Part shown: piece by piece, positions 29,219 to 32,000 of the stretch
Numbering within the stretch: the stretch's first letter is position 1
Layout: every line of letters starts with the position of its first letter
Source: Pirellula staleyi DSM 6068
Lineage (GTDB): Bacteria; Planctomycetota; Planctomycetia; Pirellulales; Pirellulaceae
Assembly (NCBI GenBank): GCA_000025185.1
Contig: CP001848.1
Span: forward strand, 3,810,001-3,842,000
Direction of reading: 5' to 3'
Length of the DNA: 32,000 bases
The notes under the pieces: model-generated
The model's database searches: none
Told to the model about the DNA's origin: nothing
Seen by the model: only the letters and a program-made list of their open reading frames with translations
Made by a program: the position numbers and the translations under genes

Positions 29219-30268
29219 ATGAACGAACTCGACGCTTACGATTTTGAATTGCCGCGCGATCTCGTTGCTCAGCATCCGCTTCCTCACCGCACTGATGCGC
29301 GCTTGCTGGTCGTTGATCGCGCGAAGCAATCGATCGACCACCATCACATCCGCGATCTGCCAGGACTACTCCGCTACGGCGATCATCTGGTGATGAACGA
29401 TACCCGCGTGATTCCCGCTCGGCTGGTTGGTCGTCGTGAGCAAACAGGGGCCCGCTGGAGTGGTTTGTTTCTGTCGGCCGACGATCAAGGGAACTGGCAA
29501 GTTCTCGGGAAAACACGCGGAAAATTGCTGCCGGGCGAGGCGATTTTGGTCCTGTCGTGGGATCTTCGGCAGTCGATCAAGCTGCGGTTGCTGACCAAGC
29601 TGGAGGGTGGTGTGTGGGTGGTTCGACCCGAGCCGCTGGGCGATCCGTGGGAGTTGCTCGACAGCGTGGGGCGCGTTCCGCTGCCGCCCTACATTCGCGA
29701 CGGCGAAATGATCGAAGCCGATTCGACGAACTACCAAACCGTGTTTGCCAAAACGCGTGGCGCGGTGGCTGCGCCGACGGCAGGTCTGCATTTCACCCCC
29801 GAACTGCTCGAAAAAGTGAAAGTGGCGGGGGTACTCAGCAGCCATGTGACACTGCATGTGGGACTCGGCACGTTCCGGCCGGTGACGGCGGAGAAATTGG
29901 CCGAACATGTGATGCACAGCGAGTTTTGCGACGTGTCGCAGCCCGCAGTCGAAACCATCCTCAAAACCAAATCACGCGGGGGGAGAGTCATTGCCGTGGG
30001 AACCACCGTGGCTCGGTCGCTCGAGTCGGCTGCAGCGCCGACGGGCAAGCTCGAGCCCTTCAGCGGACCCACGAACCTCTTTATTCGCCCCCCGTTTACG
30101 TTTTGCGTGCTCGACGGTTTGCTTACGAATTTCCACCTTCCACGCAGCACACTTTTGGTCCTGGTGCGGACGTTCGGCGGGGACGAATTAATCCAGCAAG
30201 CCTACCGGGAAGCGATCGAAGAGCGTTACCGCTTCTATAGTTACGGCGATGCGATGCTGATTCTCTAG
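29219..30268 (+). CDS. queA: S-adenosylmethionine:tRNA ribosyltransferase-isomerase
   Basis: MNELDAYDFELPRDLVAQHPLPHRTDARLLVVDR..MNDTRVIPARL..VPLPPYI..YQTVFA..GAVAAPTAGLHFT..VTLHVGLGTFRPV..HSE..VGTTVARSLE..TNFHLPRSTLLVLV..YRFYSYGDAMLI. ATG at 29219, with an alternative ATG at 29198. Confidence 0.93.
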   Translation: MNELDAYDFELPRDLVAQHPLPHRTDARLLVVDRAKQSIDHHHIRDLPGLLRYGDHLVMNDTRVIPARLVGRREQTGARWSGLFLSADDQGNWQVLGKTRGKLLPGEAILVLSWDLRQSIKLRLLTKLEGGVWVVRPEPLGDPWELLDSVGRVPLPPYIRDGEMIEADSTNYQTVFAKTRGAVAAPTAGLHFTPELLEKVKVAGVLSSHVTLHVGLGTFRPVTAEKLAEHVMHSEFCDVSQPAVETILKTKSRGGRVIAVGTTVARSLESAAAPTGKLEPFSGPTNLFIRPPFTFCVLDGLLTNFHLPRSTLLVLVRTFGGDELIQQAYREAIEERYRFYSYGDAMLIL

Positions 30269-30491
30269 CAGCGCCAGACTGCCGCCAAAAAGTGCCCGAT
30301 CTCTGAAGGTGTCAGCTGTAACTATGCTGGCACTTCACCCCACTACTACCCGCAGACATCCAGGTGCGCTTGCACTGGATAAAGTAGACCCTTCCGCCAT
30401 AATGGAGGGGTGGTAGCTAGGTTGGCAAACTCAGCCAACTCTTCCTGGTTTACGCAGGTTGGAAACGACTTCCACCGAAAGTTCTTGCGCG

Positions 30492-32000
30492 ATGGCCAAA
30501 ATCAATTCCGGTGCAAAGCGTCCCTCGGCGAATCCCTCAAGCTCAACGCCCATCGACGTCACACCGATCGAATCAGACGCTATGACAACTTCTGCCGAGA
30601 CGAAAAACGCACTGTCAGAAAACAGCCCAACCTCGGTTCCGCCCCCCAGTCTCGCGAAAGCTGGCAAGTCGACTCTGGGGGACCGAGTTCAGTCGCTGCG
30701 ACTCAATCAGCTGCCCGAACGTAGCGGGGGAAACTCGAAAACCCTTCTCTGGATTGGAATTGCGATCGTCTGTCTGCTGTCGTGGATCGGTGTGCGGGTC
30801 TACTTTGCGACAACTACCAAACCGGAAGTTGCATCAAGCGAAACGAAGTCCCAGAGCAACACTGAGAAAAAGGTCGACTCCCAGGACCAGCGTCCCGCAC
30901 CACTGTCCAGCGGCGCGGCGCCCCCGACCACTAATCCACCCTCGCGATCGTCGGCTGATGCAGGGAGTGGAAGTTCAGCCACTCCGGTCATTGCTCCCAC
31001 TTCGCTCCCCAAGCCCACGGGCAAAGTTTCTCTCGAAGCGAAAGGCTATATCACCCCCGCCCACCAGATTCTGGTGAGCCCCAAAGTGAGTGGCATGATC
31101 ACCACATTGCAAGTGGAAGAGGGGCGCCGGGTTGAACAGGGAGAAGTGCTCGCCATTTTAGAGATGGTGGACTACGAGGCCGATGCGGCCCGCGCTCGGG
31201 CCACGGTTCGGCTGGCACGCGAACGTCTGCGCGAACTCGAAAATGGAAATCGCCCCGAAGAAATTTCGCAGGCCGAAGCGGAGTTAAACGAAGCTCGCGC
31301 GACTTTGCCCCGGCTTGAGTCCGACTACAAACGGAACTCCGAACTGAAGCAGAACAACGCGATCTCTGCTCAAGAGCTGCAAGAGTCGGAATCCGATTAT
31401 TTGTCGGCTGTGCAGCGCGTCGAGCGTCTTACACAAGCGGTTCGCTTGATGAGAATCGGAGCTCGCATTGAACGTGTAGAAATCGCCCGCGCTGAACTCG
31501 AGCAAGCAGAAGCGGATCAGATGAAGGCCGAGTGGCGTCTGGGTAACTGCACGATTCGCGCACCAATCAGCGGCACGATCTTGAAGAAGAATGCCGAGGT
31601 TGGCAACCTGGTGAACCCTGTGGCGTTCAACGGGTCGTTTAGTCTTTGCGAAATGGCCGACCTATCGGACCTGGAAGTCGACCTCAACATTCAGGAACGC
31701 GAGATCTCGGCGGTGTTCGTAGGACAGAAGTGCCGGATTCGCGCCGAGGCTTATCCCCAGCGCGACTACGAAGGATATGTCGATCGCTTGATGCCGATTG
31801 CCGACCGCGCAAAAGGTGCCATTCCGGTCCGTGTGAAAGTGAAGATCCCGGCCGACGAAGAGGGAATTTACCTCAAGCCCGAGATGGGGGCGATCGTCAC
31901 CTTTTACGACGAAAAAGTCGATATTCCCGCCCGCAGCACCGCTCCCGAAGTGATTCCTACGTTTCGTCCTGTCATCAGCCAACCAGCACCCACGCTGCCG
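30492..32000 (+). CDS. HlyD-family membrane-fusion / periplasmic adaptor protein; 3' end runs off the window
   Basis: Absent from the ORF track because there is no stop in the window. I translated this frame from the ATG at 30492, after an in-frame TAG at 30414. It gives a low-complexity N-terminal tail, a TM helix (LLWIGIAIVCLLSWIGVRVYF), a Ser/Pro-rich linker, then KGYITPAHQILVSPKVSGMITTLQVEEGRRVEQGEVLAILE. A coiled-coil hairpin follows, then CTIRAPISGTILKKNAEVGNLV. The frame stays open to 32000. Confidence 0.88.
   Translation, partial: MAKINSGAKRPSANPSSSTPIDVTPIESDAMTTSAETKNALSENSPTSVPPPSLAKAGKSTLGDRVQSLRLNQLPERSGGNSKTLLWIGIAIVCLLSWIGVRVYFATTTKPEVASSETKSQSNTEKKVDSQDQRPAPLSSGAAPPTTNPPSRSSADAGSGSSATPVIAPTSLPKPTGKVSLEAKGYITPAHQILVSPKVSGMITTLQVEEGRRVEQGEVLAILEMVDYEADAARARATVRLARERLRELENGNRPEEISQAEAELNEARATLPRLESDYKRNSELKQNNAISAQELQESESDYLSAVQRVERLTQAVRLMRIGARIERVEIARAELEQAEADQMKAEWRLGNCTIRAPISGTILKKNAEVGNLVNPVAFNGSFSLCEMADLSDLEVDLNIQEREISAVFVGQKCRIRAEAYPQRDYEGYVDRLMPIADRAKGAIPVRVKVKIPADEEGIYLKPEMGAIVTFYDEKVDIPARSTAPEVIPTFRPVISQPAPTLP

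Overview
GC-rich bacterial chromosomal segment. All calls come from reading motifs by eye, with no database search. The gene content looks Planctomycetota (Pirellulales-like): PVC-type dehydrogenase and heme-binding proteins, a DUF1080 domain, Tat-exported beta-propellers, a sulfotransferase, several lipoproteins, and an isolated murB-ftsQ-like pair with no ftsA/ftsZ. I support 22 protein-coding genes. I found no rRNA, tRNA, CRISPR array, transposase, integrase or obvious defence genes. Two genes are missing from the ORF track because they run off the window edges: a multi-PAS hybrid histidine kinase (1-3945, minus) and an HlyD-type membrane-fusion protein (30492-32000, plus). Most of the window is housekeeping or envelope metabolism (murB, csrA, rsmH, queA, PPIase, class-V aminotransferase, PAP2 phosphatase, GT4). 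The best candidate for an undescribed system is the minus-strand cluster at 17144-24618. It contains a 1343-aa secreted five-domain fusion, a separate HEAT + CxxCH cytochrome, a Tat-exported GH88/105-like protein and a small anchored Pro-rich ORF. I read it as an extracytoplasmic glycan-binding, oxidation and cleavage module with its own electron outlet, but this is inference only. Other points worth a second look are a roughly 5-10x excess of the palindromes CGATCG and GCGATCGC (HIP1-like), a scattered dcw cluster, a 28% GC island with repeats and a perfect 22-bp palindrome upstream of an orphan rsmH, and a 430-nt ORF-free gap. I see no evidence of a mobile or defence island.
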